Source: a virus. From it: DNA of 64,000 nucleotides. Position numbers and translations under genes: made by a program. How positions within the stretch are numbered: position 1 is the stretch's first letter; each line of letters opens with the position of its first letter. The notes beneath the pieces were generated by a model, which was not told where the DNA came from, did no database searches, and saw only the letters and a list, made by a program, of their open reading frames with translations. The stretch spans positions 1 to 64,000 of IMG/VR virus record IMGVR_UViG_3300030037_000006. One strand, written 5' to 3'. Positions 17,792 to 28,255 of the stretch are shown here, in pieces.

Positions 17792-17977
17792 GATAAATTC
17801 CTATAGATTGTTCTATAGTTATTTATCTCTTAGTTCAAGAAGTTCGAACTAATCTTGAACTACATCAAGTTTTTCTTACATTTCTTACATTCTGTCAATG
17901 ATCTTTTTTAATAACTACGCTTTCGAGTTATTTGTTATATGATTTAATATACAACACTTTAGGTTTTTGTACAACAG

Positions 17978-18009
17978 AAAAGGGATAAAAACTAATGTTT
18001 TATCCCTTT
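17978..18009. terminator. bidirectional intrinsic terminator
   Basis: aaaagggataaaac-taat-gttttatcccttt. Confidence 0.75.
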
Positions 18010-18185
18010 ATTAATAAATTCTGTTACAAATATTATTCAGGGATTATGAACTCCACTATACGACGGATAGTCAGAGCCGCAAGGTTCTGATGTATTATTC
18101 ATTGTATTTTGTTGCTTAGTCATAATCATTTCGTTCTTTTAATTTGTATATGTATTTATCTGTTTTTCCGGTAGTAACTGACGGA

Positions 18186-19025
18186 CTATTGGTTCTTCAC
18201 TATATTCTTTAGTTTAGAAGTATGTACGCCTGCTAATTCTACACCATCTTTGAAATCGATAGTATAATGATCTTCTATAGATTCACCATCTCTATAAGTT
18301 CCACCACGGATTGTAGCTTCCTTTTCATCATAATGAGATAATGAGTTCGAACCAGATCTTAGGTCAGCATGATCAAAATTATACTTTCTATAATTATCTA
18401 AATCATTTTTGTCATATATGAAGATTGCGGTATCACCCTTAGATATATCAAATTCAGAATCAGTACTTTCATTTAATGATAGGTTTAGTTCAAAGAATTC
18501 ATCTACATCAGCAGCATTAATATAATCACCGTGACCTACGAATAGAACTCCATTAGAACTGAAATCTTTGATTCGTTTCTTTCTTCCTTCCTTGACCCAT
18601 AGTTTTTCATCACCGAAGAATGCTTTCTTGATAGTGATAGGATTGTATTGAAGCTTCTCTTTAGTAAGATCATGCTTAGCAACTAATGAATCTCCAATGG
18701 AATAAGATGCTTTAATCTTATCAATAAGTTCATCTGACTTTGCATGTTTAGCATCTGCTTCATCCTGCTTTTCTTGCTTCTGAGTTTCAACACTATCAAA
18801 TTTGTCAAGTAATGTTTTACTAATAGTGAAACTTCCATCACCTAAAACAGTTACAACATAATGATCATCATTTATTTCTGTAATTCTAAATTCAGAAGTT
18901 AAATAAGTCATATTAGGATGGTAACCTTTATAAGGACTAATCTCTCTTCGGTCTTTACTATATCCGTATCCTTGTGAACGGTGGATATCGAAATGATCTC
19001 CTACTTTATGTCCTTCAGTATACAC
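18186..19025 (-). CDS. hypothetical late protein
   Basis: GTG start overlaps the TAG of the upstream gene, GGAGA RBS; internal LNES site. Confidence 0.7.
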   Translation of the reverse strand: MYTEGHKVGDHFDIHRSQGYGYSKDRREISPYKGYHPNMTYLTSEFRITEINDDHYVVTVLGDGSFTISKTLLDKFDSVETQKQEKQDEADAKHAKSDELIDKIKASYSIGDSLVAKHDLTKEKLQYNPITIKKAFFGDEKLWVKEGRKKRIKDFSSNGVLFVGHGDYINAADVDEFFELNLSLNESTDSEFDISKGDTAIFIYDKNDLDNYRKYNFDHADLRSGSNSLSHYDEKEATIRGGTYRDGESIEDHYTIDFKDGVELAGVHTSKLKNIVKNQ

Positions 19026-19714
19026 TAGTATCTCCGTGTTTTATCTTGTGCAGCTTTTTCTTCAAAAGTTTCTTCGTCTTCTTCTAATACTTCAGACTCA
19101 CCAATTACAAGAGGCTCTATTCTAAAGTTAACTACTTCTTGACCTTCTACTTTTACACAAGTAACACTCATGTTTTCAAGCAAAGTTTCTAGGTAGTGTT
19201 TAATGTTATTGGCAATTGCTTCTACATCATCGTCTTCGGCAGTGAGAGTAAACGCAAGAATTCTTTTAGCATCTCTTCCAGTATCTCCTGGATGTTTATC
19301 TGTACCAACAGTTTCAGATTTAATATCACCAACTTCTACATCGCCATAAAACTCTACACCATCTTCAATGTATTTTTCTAGGTCTGCTTTAAGAGTGTCT
19401 TCAAATTGATAAGTTTCGTTTTCAATATCTTCAAATACTGTCTGTACTTCTGGAAGAATTTCTTTAATTGCATTTTTAAAATGTGTATAAAATTTGTCTC
19501 TGAATGAATGAGGTACATTGTTTTTATCAAGTTTTGCAGTATACTTAGGTAAGAGATCATTAATTTTATTCTCTAAATGCTCACCTAAGTTCAGAACATA
19601 CTTCAGATATTGCTCATCAGTTGCTTCAGTTAAAATAGCTTCCATTATTGGAGTTGGAGTTTTAGTATCTTTCTTGACACTTTCATAAATTGAGTTAAAT
19701 TTACTAGGCTTCAT
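19025..19714 (-). CDS. putative internal head protein (leader variant)
   Basis: Starts MKPSKFNSIYESVK...IMEAILTE; late box at 19746-19753. Confidence 0.65.
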   Translation of the reverse strand: MKPSKFNSIYESVKKDTKTPTPIMEAILTEATDEQYLKYVLNLGEHLENKINDLLPKYTAKLDKNNVPHSFRDKFYTHFKNAIKEILPEVQTVFEDIENETYQFEDTLKADLEKYIEDGVEFYGDVEVGDIKSETVGTDKHPGDTGRDAKRILAFTLTAEDDDVEAIANNIKHYLETLLENMSVTCVKVEGQEVVNFRIEPLVIGESEVLEEDEETFEEKAAQDKTRRY

Positions 19715-19755
19715 AGTGTTTCCATGATTAAATTAATATTTAGTATATTTATCAT

Positions 19756-20406
19756 TTATGAGTAAAGCTTGGATGCCATGATACTTAACAAAATTTTATC
19801 CGCATCTCCATCGCTTACTGAATCTTCTCCATATATGTTTTTTACATCTACACAGATATATCTAGGTGCATTGAATTCATCTAAGCCGTCATAGCGTTCC
19901 ATCTTAAAGTACTTTTTATTAGGTTGTCTTAAGTGTTCCAGTGACTCAGAATCCTTACCACTAATCAATATAGCATCTTTAATATCCATGGGTTCCACAG
20001 CTTTGTATAACAAGATCTTTTGTTTAGTTGCAGCAATGCTACCGAAATGGTTTACCCACCATTCTACATTTTCCTGAGTTCTAGCCGCAGCATTCTTTGC
20101 AAATATAGGAGTAGGATTATCCGCAGATCTCATTCTGATATGAATAGGATAGTCATTGAGAATATATGTATTACCTTTAAGAGCTCTCATCTTTACATAC
20201 ACTTTAAACTTAAGCTCATAAAGTGTTAGTCCTACAAACAATGTCATAGTATTGCCTGCTAAGAAGTGGAAGAATAAATCATAACGAGTCTCATTATAAA
20301 AGAAGTATGAGAATAATAAAGTAGATGTCAGTAATAATATTAATGTGCTAATATATTCTTTAGCGTTGAGCTCATCTTCTAATCTATTTCTGTGGTGTTT
20401 TGTCAT
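19756..20406 (-). CDS. membrane protein, C-terminal -LYS motif
   Basis: Two N-terminal TM segments; ends SKLYS. Confidence 0.65.
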   Translation of the reverse strand: MTKHHRNRLEDELNAKEYISTLILLLTSTLLFSYFFYNETRYDLFFHFLAGNTMTLFVGLTLYELKFKVYVKMRALKGNTYILNDYPIHIRMRSADNPTPIFAKNAAARTQENVEWWVNHFGSIAATKQKILLYKAVEPMDIKDAILISGKDSESLEHLRQPNKKYFKMERYDGLDEFNAPRYICVDVKNIYGEDSVSDGDADKILLSIMASKLYS

Positions 20407-20684
20407 GGACCAATCTCCATTGAATCATAATATAATGTTACTTCTTCGTTCTGAGCTATAGCATGTATATGTTCAAGTGTTAGATCTATAACAGTATCAT
20501 TCATTCTTACATAGTATTCATCATATTGTTTTCTTTGTGCATAGATAAACTGAGACGAGATCTCTTCAGGTAATGAATCTAGTACTGCTCTTAAATTTTC
20601 ACCTTCTACTATATTGTACCAATTTACTTTAAGCTTCATTGTCAATTTCCCATTCGTTAATAAAAGTTGATGATAGCATATCAC
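20403..20684 (-). CDS. hypothetical protein
   Basis: ORF; likely start MKLKVN (20639). Confidence 0.55.
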   Translation of the reverse strand: MICYHQLLLTNGKLTMKLKVNWYNIVEGENLRAVLDSLPEEISSQFIYAQRKQYDEYYVRMNDTVIDLTLEHIHAIAQNEEVTLYYDSMEIGP

Positions 20685-21000
20685 GAGCTGCCGCTACTGA
20701 ATCTTCTATAGGACCAAATGTCTTGTCCCATTTTTCTTCAAATAACTTATTGGCTTCTTTGCTAATAGATTTAGCATAAGATCTGTCATACAAAGCTTTA
20801 AGAAATTTTGAAGCATCTAAAGTTGTAATCTGAATGCCGTTAATTTTTATATCTACTGCCCAATCATTTGCTTCTTTCAAAGTTTCGTAATCGTCTGGGT
20901 CTATGTTACCAATTCTTTCCATAATAATATGACTCATCATGCTAGAGTTATTGTGAACTATCGTATTTTTTTCTTCATTCCATTTTTCGTTTTTATGCAT
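20629..21000 (-). CDS. hypothetical protein
   Basis: 123-aa ORF in a coupled operon. Confidence 0.6.
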   Translation of the reverse strand: MHKNEKWNEEKNTIVHNNSSMMSHIIMERIGNIDPDDYETLKEANDWAVDIKINGIQITTLDASKFLKALYDRSYAKSISKEANKLFEEKWDKTFGPIEDSVAAARDMLSSTFINEWEIDNEA

Positions 21001-21337
21001 ACAGCCTCTTTGTTTGAACTAATTGTTCTGCGTCTTTCATATTGTCGACATCTAATATTTCAATATCATATTTAGCATTATTAATAATACTCAACAGGAA
21101 GGAGTCAGTTGCAGGACTAGATACTATCTCTAGAATTGGAGAAGCATTTAGAAGGTTTACACTAACTTCGTCTCTAAAATAGTTAATTACTTCTGATCCT
21201 GGTTGTAATGATAGTTCGGTAATTACTCTTCTGAATCTATTAATACTTATACGACCAGGATAAGTTATAGTAAAGAACTTATCGACATAGTCCGGCAAAT
21301 TGTTAAATGAATCCATTTTGAGATAAGCGGGTGCCAT
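20993..21337 (-). CDS. hypothetical protein, C-terminal -LYA motif
   Basis: 114-aa ORF; ends KRLYA. Confidence 0.6.
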   Translation of the reverse strand: MAPAYLKMDSFNNLPDYVDKFFTITYPGRISINRFRRVITELSLQPGSEVINYFRDEVSVNLLNASPILEIVSSPATDSFLLSIINNAKYDIEILDVDNMKDAEQLVQTKRLYA

Positions 21338-21924
21338 TAGCTAACCTTACTCATTTTTACTGACAGTAGTCTCAGCTCAGCAGCTTTTTCTGCACCAATT
21401 TCATTCTCAATCAATAGGAGATATAGTTCCAATGCTTTATCCATTTGTTTAGGTAGATCACCTGACCTTGAGGTTACCATCTGTTCAGTGGTGAGACTAG
21501 GCTTTTCTACTACTATTTTGATTTTAAGTTTAACTTCGTGCTGTTTGATGAAATTGTCTCTGTCACCAAATTTAGTAGCGATGTAAGTCTGAAGAGCAAA
21601 CTTAGATTTTTCAGGAAATCCAAATGAAGTAGAAGTTGTTACGATTGATTCACCTCGTTTTAAGTGAGTATAAATTTTATCATGTTTGTCTTTCCAATTA
21701 TATGAAAGTTTCTTCTTTGTACAGTGCTGTTTGATATAAGATTTAAGTGAAGAGTCAGTAACTTCATTAACACGATCATCATCACAGTCAATCAAAATTT
21801 CTTCAATAGCTTTAACGATTGGAGCGATACAATTTTTTGTGCCATGTTCCATTTTAAGATTTACGATTAAAGCATTGAATTCATGATAAAGATCTGTTTG
21901 TGTATCGTTAATAACTTTTGACAT
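21337..21924 (-). CDS. hypothetical protein
   Basis: 195-aa ORF after promoter 21952-21980. Confidence 0.65.
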   Translation of the reverse strand: MSKVINDTQTDLYHEFNALIVNLKMEHGTKNCIAPIVKAIEEILIDCDDDRVNEVTDSSLKSYIKQHCTKKKLSYNWKDKHDKIYTHLKRGESIVTTSTSFGFPEKSKFALQTYIATKFGDRDNFIKQHEVKLKIKIVVEKPSLTTEQMVTSRSGDLPKQMDKALELYLLLIENEIGAEKAAELRLLSVKMSKVS

Positions 21925-21982
21925 ATTGCGATTCCCTTAGTTGTTTTACTTAAGATATACCAAGATTTATAGTTGTACAATC

Positions 21983-22402
21983 CTATTTCATTAAAAAGTA
22001 GTCATAAATTTCTACCCAATCATTATGTGGATCGAATCCAGCCTTATCATCAAGTATAACATTCATATAAAACTTTGAATCAAAGTCAGCAGTTTCAGTA
22101 GTAGGACATTCAGGATTGCTATTAAAATAGTCAAACTTAATTCCTTTATCTTCAAGCAGTGCTTTATGTGGTGACAGATAATCAGGATTAGATGAAGTCC
22201 ATAGAATTAATTTAATATCTACTCTATTAGATAATAGTATAAGAGCATCTTCACAAAAGGGATACATATCAAGTGTATCATTAGTCTTATAAGTAGCAGG
22301 TGATATCGTGTCATGTAGATCTATTGCTATATAAAGGGTATCCCAACCACGCTTATCTTTCTTTGCGTATTCTCTATCTAAAAGTTGTGTAAACGTTAGC
22401 AT
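21983..22402 (-). CDS. HAD-superfamily phosphatase-like protein
   Basis: IAIDLHDTI (motif I), LILWTS (II), K and LDDKAGF (III/IV). Confidence 0.8.
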   Translation of the reverse strand: MLTFTQLLDREYAKKDKRGWDTLYIAIDLHDTISPATYKTNDTLDMYPFCEDALILLSNRVDIKLILWTSSNPDYLSPHKALLEDKGIKFDYFNSNPECPTTETADFDSKFYMNVILDDKAGFDPHNDWVEIYDYFLMK

Positions 22403-22435
22403 GGTGCATCTCCAGTTTCATTGTATAGAAACAAC

Positions 22436-22467
22436 AAAAGAGCCAGTACATCATACTGGCTCCTTTT
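22436..22467 (-). terminator. intrinsic terminator
   Basis: gagccagta-catca-tactggctc with A/T tails. Confidence 0.75.
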
Positions 22468-22487
22468 AATTATACTATTTAACTAAT

Positions 22488-23843
22488 TTACATTTCGTTA
22501 GTATATACTTCGTTAACACACTCAGTTACAATACCGCTTAAAATAGTAATGATATCATCTGGATCAAATCCATCAGAAATTAAATCAGGTGTCATAGATT
22601 TAACTATTTCTTTGAAATCTTTTAACGAATTAATATTAACTAAACCTTCGAATCTATCTAATGGAGATAAGCTTGACTCAGTAACAGTATTTCTATTAGC
22701 TTCAATTGTATCATTAAGTCTTCCAACCAAGTCATTGATTTGAACCAATGCACTAATATCTGAGCTATATTCTAGATCCCATTTAGAAACATCATCTTTG
22801 CTAATCAGATCTTTGAGTTTAGATTGAGCTTGGCGAGCGTTATTAATATATCGACCCATGTTTTCGATTGCGGCACTATAGGTAGGTACGGCGTCTTCTT
22901 TAATTGCAGTATTAACTATTTCAAGTAAAGATGCAATATTAAGATCAATTTCTTTAATGTACTGAGCATACTGATCTTTATCATTGTTATTCTTCATTGA
23001 TGCAATAGTATCACGATATCTTGCACGGTTTGAATTAGCTACATTGTAATCTTCAAGATGATATGCAAGTGATCTGAAACCAGCACGTTCTTGTCTTAAG
23101 TCACGTTGTTCTGTACCAAGTTCATCACGTAATTCATTACCGATGCATAGAATATAATCAGCTTCTTGAAGCATTGCTTTAATAGAAATATTTTTTAATC
23201 CACCTCTGCTATTTTTATGAATATAACTTGATACTTCAGTTACTTTACCTGTATCAGGAGTGAATCTAGCAATACCTACCATTTCTTTATCATTATAAGA
23301 TGCGCCATAAGTAAGCTCTGCTCTGTTATGCTGTTTTTTCCATCCTTCTTTTTCATATTTATCAGCAGAAGCTTGTTCTCTTTCTTGTTCATCTGCATAT
23401 CTTTCAGTGTTATCTTTAACGAAAATCATAGTACTATAATTTTTCTTAAGCTCTCTGAATTCTTTAGGATTAGCTAATAGGCTATCAACTTCAACACGTT
23501 TAATTTGATCATCTGTAAGTTCAGATGGCATAGGCAAAGCACCAGTAGAATAGTTGCGGCCTTCATTATCAAAGTATGATTTGAAATCTTTAATAGATCT
23601 TTCAACTGTTCGTAATCTATCTCTGAATCTACTTAAGTCACCCGTATATTCTAAATCTTTAATAGATCTATCAGGATGTTTTACTTGCATTCTTTCGAGT
23701 TCAGCAGCTTGACCTTTCTTAAGAGCATCACGTTTAGTATACAGAGATTTAATTAATCCTGTGAGTTCAGATGATGCGAACTTTTCGTTTAATTCGAGCT
23801 TCTTGGTAGACTCATACAGAGCCATGAATTTTGTTCTTTTCAT
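22488..23843 (-). CDS. putative internal head protein (leader variant)
   Basis: Starts MKRTKFMALYESTKKLELNE. Confidence 0.7.
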   Translation of the reverse strand: MKRTKFMALYESTKKLELNEKFASSELTGLIKSLYTKRDALKKGQAAELERMQVKHPDRSIKDLEYTGDLSRFRDRLRTVERSIKDFKSYFDNEGRNYSTGALPMPSELTDDQIKRVEVDSLLANPKEFRELKKNYSTMIFVKDNTERYADEQEREQASADKYEKEGWKKQHNRAELTYGASYNDKEMVGIARFTPDTGKVTEVSSYIHKNSRGGLKNISIKAMLQEADYILCIGNELRDELGTEQRDLRQERAGFRSLAYHLEDYNVANSNRARYRDTIASMKNNNDKDQYAQYIKEIDLNIASLLEIVNTAIKEDAVPTYSAAIENMGRYINNARQAQSKLKDLISKDDVSKWDLEYSSDISALVQINDLVGRLNDTIEANRNTVTESSLSPLDRFEGLVNINSLKDFKEIVKSMTPDLISDGFDPDDIITILSGIVTECVNEVYTNEM

Positions 23844-23856
23844 TGTTTATATATTC

Positions 23857-24423
23857 CTATAAGTTTAATTTAAATTGTTTGTATGGAGTGTCTACTACTG
23901 AGCCTTTAAGTGATACTGCGAATTCATCAGATGATCCTTCAGTATTATCAAGTTCTGTCTCTTCTATATAATTCTTACCTGTGCCAGGTTTAAGATAAGC
24001 TAATGTTATGTGGCCATTGTATTCATCATAAATATTAGAGTTATCTAATTCAGAAAGTTTATCACATAATGCTTGCATATCATCTGATTCAATGCCTAGT
24101 TTTAAAACATCATAATCATCATTCTCAAACAAAGATAAACCTACAATAGTAAATTCAAATTCATTCTTTTCTAGTTCAGCCATCTTATCTTTGATAACAT
24201 CTAAGTCATCTGTGTGTATTCCATACAATGCCGTGATATGAGATTCAGTTTCTAATCCAGGAGCCCATCCATCTTTCGAAAGATCTTCTTCTTTGATTTT
24301 AGATTGAATATCTTCAATTGATTTAAGAGTATCTTCGTCATTAATAACAAGCATTATGCAACTTGAATCTCTCAATTCTACTTTATTTTTAATAGACTCA
24401 TATAGCTTCATAAACTTAGACAT
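23857..24423 (-). CDS. 2H phosphoesterase (Acb1/T4 57B-like) with MSKFxKLYES leader
   Basis: Two HxT motifs (SHITALYG; EYNGHITLAY); late box at 24509-24516. Confidence 0.8.
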   Translation of the reverse strand: MSKFMKLYESIKNKVELRDSSCIMLVINDEDTLKSIEDIQSKIKEEDLSKDGWAPGLETESHITALYGIHTDDLDVIKDKMAELEKNEFEFTIVGLSLFENDDYDVLKLGIESDDMQALCDKLSELDNSNIYDEYNGHITLAYLKPGTGKNYIEETELDNTEGSSDEFAVSLKGSVVDTPYKQFKLNL

Positions 24424-24539
24424 TTAAAGCCTCTACTTCTTTTACACATGTTACAGTTACAGCGGAATATATTATCACGCATTCTCATTTTCCATAAATT
24501 GTTTATTTTATTTATCTTTTAATTGTACATTAACCAAAC

Positions 24540-25016
24540 TTGATATATCTTAAAGAGTATAAACTAAATAGGAATGAAATTATTATGAATGCGAATCTAT
24601 ACATAAATAAAGTTTATGTTTTCTTTTGTTCGAACTATGGCGATGTAGAAGTAGAGATGTATATGCTTAAACTATGTGAGCTTGGAACTGAGATAGTAAT
24701 CCGAATGAGTAAGTTCACTCCGGGTATTGATGACTCATCGCACGGCTACAGTTTTACTAAAGGTAAACATACTGGATTTACTACTTTAGATGTGAAGCAA
24801 GGAACTAATAACGGTTCATACACCAACGCTCTTACTAAAATTATGAACAGCACAGTGAATAATAAAGTTATTGGAAAGCTAGCTTTAGATGTAAAGAACC
24901 ATGTTAGTCAAGCTTCTACAATATATGATAAAAATGATGATGATTTTTATGTAGTCAATACAAATAATTTCAATGATGCTTACGATTCAGTACTGAAATA
25001 CCGGATGTATAGCTAA
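24540..25016 (+). CDS. hypothetical protein, C-terminal -MYS motif
   Basis: True start likely MNANLY (24585) after AGGA; ends YRMYS. Confidence 0.6.
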   Translation: MIYLKEYKLNRNEIIMNANLYINKVYVFFCSNYGDVEVEMYMLKLCELGTEIVIRMSKFTPGIDDSSHGYSFTKGKHTGFTTLDVKQGTNNGSYTNALTKIMNSTVNNKVIGKLALDVKNHVSQASTIYDKNDDDFYVVNTNNFNDAYDSVLKYRMYS

Positions 25017-25471
25017 TGAGCTGGCATCTTAGAAACTTCGCTCAATCTATTGAACATAGATTTACTATCTTAGTAGTCAAAGCAGAATATGGAATGGGTG
25101 GCTATGATACTACTTCAACTGTTGCTATAAGATTTGCTAGAGAAAGAGGTGATCTTATATGTAAATTTTACAGTCTTAACTTTAGGGGTAAAGACAATAT
25201 AGGAGTCAGTGAGCCAGGATTCATGAGAATTAGTTTGCTTGATTTAGCTCCTAAACCAGGCTTGAGTACTGTTACCGGAATTCTCGAGAATCTCTTTGGA
25301 AGAGTATCTGAATGTACATTAGATGATAATGAGAAGTTTAAACTAATACATCAAACACAGAGACCCATCATGCATAGAGGTGCACAATATGATGACAAGT
25401 ACTACTTATCAAGTGCAGATACTATTTTAGAAGCTTATGATGATCTTAATATGTATAATATTTATGCATAA
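25016..25471 (+). CDS. hypothetical protein, C-terminal -IYA motif; weak paralog of the preceding gene
   Basis: C-termini align: DDFYVVNTNNFNDAYDSVLKYRMYS vs DKYYLSSADTILEAYDDLNMYNIYA. Confidence 0.6.
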   Translation: MSWHLRNFAQSIEHRFTILVVKAEYGMGGYDTTSTVAIRFARERGDLICKFYSLNFRGKDNIGVSEPGFMRISLLDLAPKPGLSTVTGILENLFGRVSECTLDDNEKFKLIHQTQRPIMHRGAQYDDKYYLSSADTILEAYDDLNMYNIYA

Positions 25472-25521
25472 AAAATGCTCACCAATTAAGATGAGCATTT
25501 TAAATACTTAGTTAGACTAAA

Positions 25522-28146
25522 TTATAGAGCAGTACCAGAAGGTTCTGCAATAAAGAAAAGCCTGATGAAGTCAATTGCTTTCGCTGGAACTACGAAGAAT
25601 TGAGCTACCAATTCGTTTGCGTCTCTAATTTCAGGACCATTGTTATCTTCATCTGCAACAATCTTAAATGCTTCAATACCACCAGCTGATTTAACTGATT
25701 CAAACAAAGGAGATACGAGGTTAATAAATCTACGACGTGTTGCTTCGTTATTAAGTTCGCCTACAAACCAAAGAGCAGTTTTATAAGTTTCACGTTCAAG
25801 ACGGAGGAACAATCTACGTACGTTAACTCTATCAAAAGCAGAAGGTTTAATCTGAGTTGTTTTCTGACCTTCAATAACATGTCCACCGAATGAATAGGTT
25901 TTAGCATAGTTAATTGAGCGAGTATAAAGAGCATCACCATCAGCTGTTTTAGGCTGGAAAGCAAGATCATTGATACCACGAATAACACCACGATTGAGTT
26001 GTGATGGAGCGCTCCAGAAATTAAACTGAATATCAGTACGAGTATAAATACCAGCTACTGAACAACTTGGTGGCATCCAGAATTCTAATCCTGAATATTG
26101 GTCATACTTCTTTTCCCAGTTAGCATACTGAGCCGCATAAGAACTGTTTAGATTTGAAATGAATCTTAGCTGAGGTGTAATTGAATTAGAGAATGTATTG
26201 CTTGGAGCTGTATCTCTAAGGACTTTCTCCATACCTCTAATAGCAAGGTTACGAGGACTATCAACAATTGCCATACAATCTTTACGGACTGTTGAACAGA
26301 AGTTAATATTCTTATCAGAAACTGCTTTCCATACTGATACTTTATCAGGAGAGTTAATAGCAATATTATCATCTACATCAAACGCAGGGTCAAACAATAG
26401 TGGAGTAGTTGGATCAACGTCAGGAGCATCATTAATAAACTGAGCAATTGTAGAAAGTCCAGCATCACAAACAATATCAACTTGTTTATCAAGGATAGAA
26501 TCAAGCTTACTTTGTATAATGTCCATATCAGTTAACATTTCAACTGATGAAATTAACTTAGCAGCTTCAGCTTCAGAGAATCCAACAAGTTGTGCACCTC
26601 TAGATTGTGAATCCGGATCTTCCATGTATTCAACGTTAGCAACTGTTTCTACGATATCTTCAGTAGAAGTGATAGTAAAAGCAACACCAGGAGTTGCAGA
26701 AGTAATTGTAATTACATCTGATACAATGCCAACAGTTACAGCAGGATCAATAATGAGAGCACCTAAACTTGCAGCAGTAGCATCATTATCAACACCAACA
26801 GAAGTATAAGAAAATTCTGTACCATTAATAGTAACAGTTACAACATCCGATGCGATCGCATCTACTGTAACAGTATTAACTTGAGCCACAGCATCAACTT
26901 CATTTGCTTGAGATCCAGCAGGAAGGTTGGTAGTTTCATCTGAACCAGTACCAGTAAACACACCGTCTTTAACAACGAATGATTCGTTTTCACCGATAGT
27001 ATCAATTTGGTAAGGAGCTAAATCACCAGCATTAGTAATTACGTGATACATTGCAATTGTATTTGAGTTAGAGTTAACAATCAAAGGAAGATATTCTAAT
27101 TGACCAGTAGCAGAGTTTCTTTCATCAGAACATAAAGAACCGAAGTAAGCTTCTTGAATACTGATGTTAATTTTACCGTTGTTATTAGGATCTACTGTAG
27201 CTTCACAAAGAATCAATGCTGTGTAGTTTTTATACTCAGTATTAATTGAATCACCTGTAGAGTTGAACTCGATAGTTTCGAATTGCTGAGCAATATCGCG
27301 TGATACAGAGTCATTACCAACTGTAGCAGAAAGAGCTTTAGTAAAGTTATGAGATGCATCGGCAATAGTTTGAATGTTGCCATCAACAGATACCCACTTT
27401 GCGGTAGGCGGAAGAACTAATCCATCAACAACGTTAAGGAATTCTCCATCAGTAGATGATACTGAACGCTGAGCTACGAGAGCATCTAGCATATCAACCA
27501 TTACGATGAATTTGCCGCCACGTTCTTTGGGACCAGTAAGTGAACCTTTAGATTTATCTACGAGAATGAAATTTGTTCCGGAAGGAATGTCTTCATCTTC
27601 AGTTGTAGAAGGGAGACCATTGAGATCAGAGAGAATTGCTTCTCCTCTAATAGCGAGGTTATCAACTTTAGCCAATGACATATTAGATACTTCACCGAAA
27701 GTTCCTACATAATAATCAGTAATTGGTTTTTCTGGTTGAGCAGCGATAGAGTTAAGTGTTTCTGATTTGCCACCGAATCCTTCAGGATCATTAGCAATCA
27801 ATTCAACATTAGTTTCAGTGTTTGCTGGTGACGTGAATGAAAGAGGGATGTAAGAAAAGTGTTGATCTTTAACATTCTGATATGGAAGTTTGGCTGCCCA
27901 TACTTTACCTTTGTTGTCAATTACTTCTTTACAAGCATAATGGAAATAACGTTCAGCTTCGTTTGAAGGAATGCCGTAATTATTTAAAAGATCTTGGTTA
28001 TCAGCTATTAGCAAAGGTTTGTATGGAACACCATTCGTGGTATATCCCTGAACAAGTGTGTTAGTACCAGTAATAGAAGGTGCGCGCTGAGTGTTATCGA
28101 TCTCAGTAAATTCTACTCCGGGACTCTGGATAGTGCGTATAGGCAT
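25522..28146 (-). CDS. tail sheath protein (T4 gp18-like)
   Basis: SPGVEFTEID start; RKDCMAIVD, WSAP..LNRG, GQKT, SAFDRVNVRRLFL; late box at 28184-28191. Confidence 0.95.
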   Translation of the reverse strand: MPIRTIQSPGVEFTEIDNTQRAPSITGTNTLVQGYTTNGVPYKPLLIADNQDLLNNYGIPSNEAERYFHYACKEVIDNKGKVWAAKLPYQNVKDQHFSYIPLSFTSPANTETNVELIANDPEGFGGKSETLNSIAAQPEKPITDYYVGTFGEVSNMSLAKVDNLAIRGEAILSDLNGLPSTTEDEDIPSGTNFILVDKSKGSLTGPKERGGKFIVMVDMLDALVAQRSVSSTDGEFLNVVDGLVLPPTAKWVSVDGNIQTIADASHNFTKALSATVGNDSVSRDIAQQFETIEFNSTGDSINTEYKNYTALILCEATVDPNNNGKINISIQEAYFGSLCSDERNSATGQLEYLPLIVNSNSNTIAMYHVITNAGDLAPYQIDTIGENESFVVKDGVFTGTGSDETTNLPAGSQANEVDAVAQVNTVTVDAIASDVVTVTINGTEFSYTSVGVDNDATAASLGALIIDPAVTVGIVSDVITITSATPGVAFTITSTEDIVETVANVEYMEDPDSQSRGAQLVGFSEAEAAKLISSVEMLTDMDIIQSKLDSILDKQVDIVCDAGLSTIAQFINDAPDVDPTTPLLFDPAFDVDDNIAINSPDKVSVWKAVSDKNINFCSTVRKDCMAIVDSPRNLAIRGMEKVLRDTAPSNTFSNSITPQLRFISNLNSSYAAQYANWEKKYDQYSGLEFWMPPSCSVAGIYTRTDIQFNFWSAPSQLNRGVIRGINDLAFQPKTADGDALYTRSINYAKTYSFGGHVIEGQKTTQIKPSAFDRVNVRRLFLRLERETYKTALWFVGELNNEATRRRFINLVSPLFESVKSAGGIEAFKIVADEDNNGPEIRDANELVAQFFVVPAKAIDFIRLFFIAEPSGTAL

Positions 28147-28255
28147 TATATATTTTCCTTGGTTTGATTAATTTTATTTTATATATTTATCAAAAAAACA
28201 GAAGAACTGCTCAAGTTTAATAAATAGTACATATAACAAACTACAGGAAAATAAA

